The position numbers and the translations under genes were made by a program. From IMG/VR virus record IMGVR_UViG_3300042558_004043: DNA of 64,000 nt; one strand, 5' to 3'. This document shows, piece after piece, positions 63,833 to 64,000 of this stretch. The DNA is from a virus (taxonomy: Duplodnaviria; Caudoviricetes). How positions within the stretch are numbered: the stretch's first letter is position 1; every line of letters begins with the position of its first letter. The notes under the pieces were generated by a model. It was given only the letters and a program-made list of their open reading frames with translations. It was not told the origin of the DNA and did no database searches.

Positions 63833-64000
63833 TTATTTTAACATACCTTGAACCAACCCATAATAGATAACTTTATATTTTTTCATAGAGCTTCTAATTT
63901 CTTTGGTACTCAAATTAGTCATTTCCCTAAGTGATAATAAAATAATATTTTTATTAAACTTATTATTTGAAGTCCCTATGAATATATCATCATAATTTTG
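63833..64000 (-). CDS. 3' end of a CDS entering from the right edge (...NKFNKNIILLSLREMTNLSTKEIR...LK*); function unassigned, possibly the tail of a late sigma-like protein
   Basis: Read manually: frame open from 64000 to TAA 63835-63833. The sigma suggestion is weak recall only. Confidence 0.6.
   Translation of the reverse strand, partial: QNYDDIFIGTSNNKFNKNIILLSLREMTNLSTKEIRSSMKKYKVIYYGLVQGMLK

Noticed and set aside
1-64000. Stop-codon reassignment
   Set aside because: Core genes are intact in code 11 with high coding density, and there is no suppressor tRNA.
1-64000. Bacterial chromosome or integrated prophage
   Set aside because: clpC, rpsU, ssrA and the tRNAs are interleaved with T4-like head genes and share phage promoter and terminator motifs. 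There is no integrase, att site or host gene synteny.

Overview
This is a 64 kb segment of a large T4-like (probably jumbo, myovirus-type) phage genome. It uses genetic code 11 and is very AT-rich. Four observations point to a Bacteroidota host: TTTG-N19-20-TAnnTTTG promoters, A-rich translation starts without Shine-Dalgarno sequences, T9SS-type C-terminal domains, and a ribosomal protein bS21 gene. The left arm (1-8.2 kb) is an accessory and RNA-gene island. It holds a 1 kb operon of unidentified structured RNAs separated by tRNA and tRNA-like elements, a GOLLD-like ~840-nt RNA behind three tandem promoters and a boxA, tRNA-fMet, and a tmRNA with an unusual 22-aa tag. The middle holds a peptidase, an N-domain-less ClpC, KTSC, an NTase-lysin fusion and the head module (TerL, portal, bS21 on the opposite strand, prohead protease, scaffold, major capsid). 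Next come a secreted nuclease and subtilase, two giant modular virion proteins (3998 and 2668 aa), a spanin-like overlapping gene pair, and minus-strand baseplate and virion genes. A TATTTATA motif marks putative late promoters. All family assignments come from motif recognition by eye; no database searches were run.
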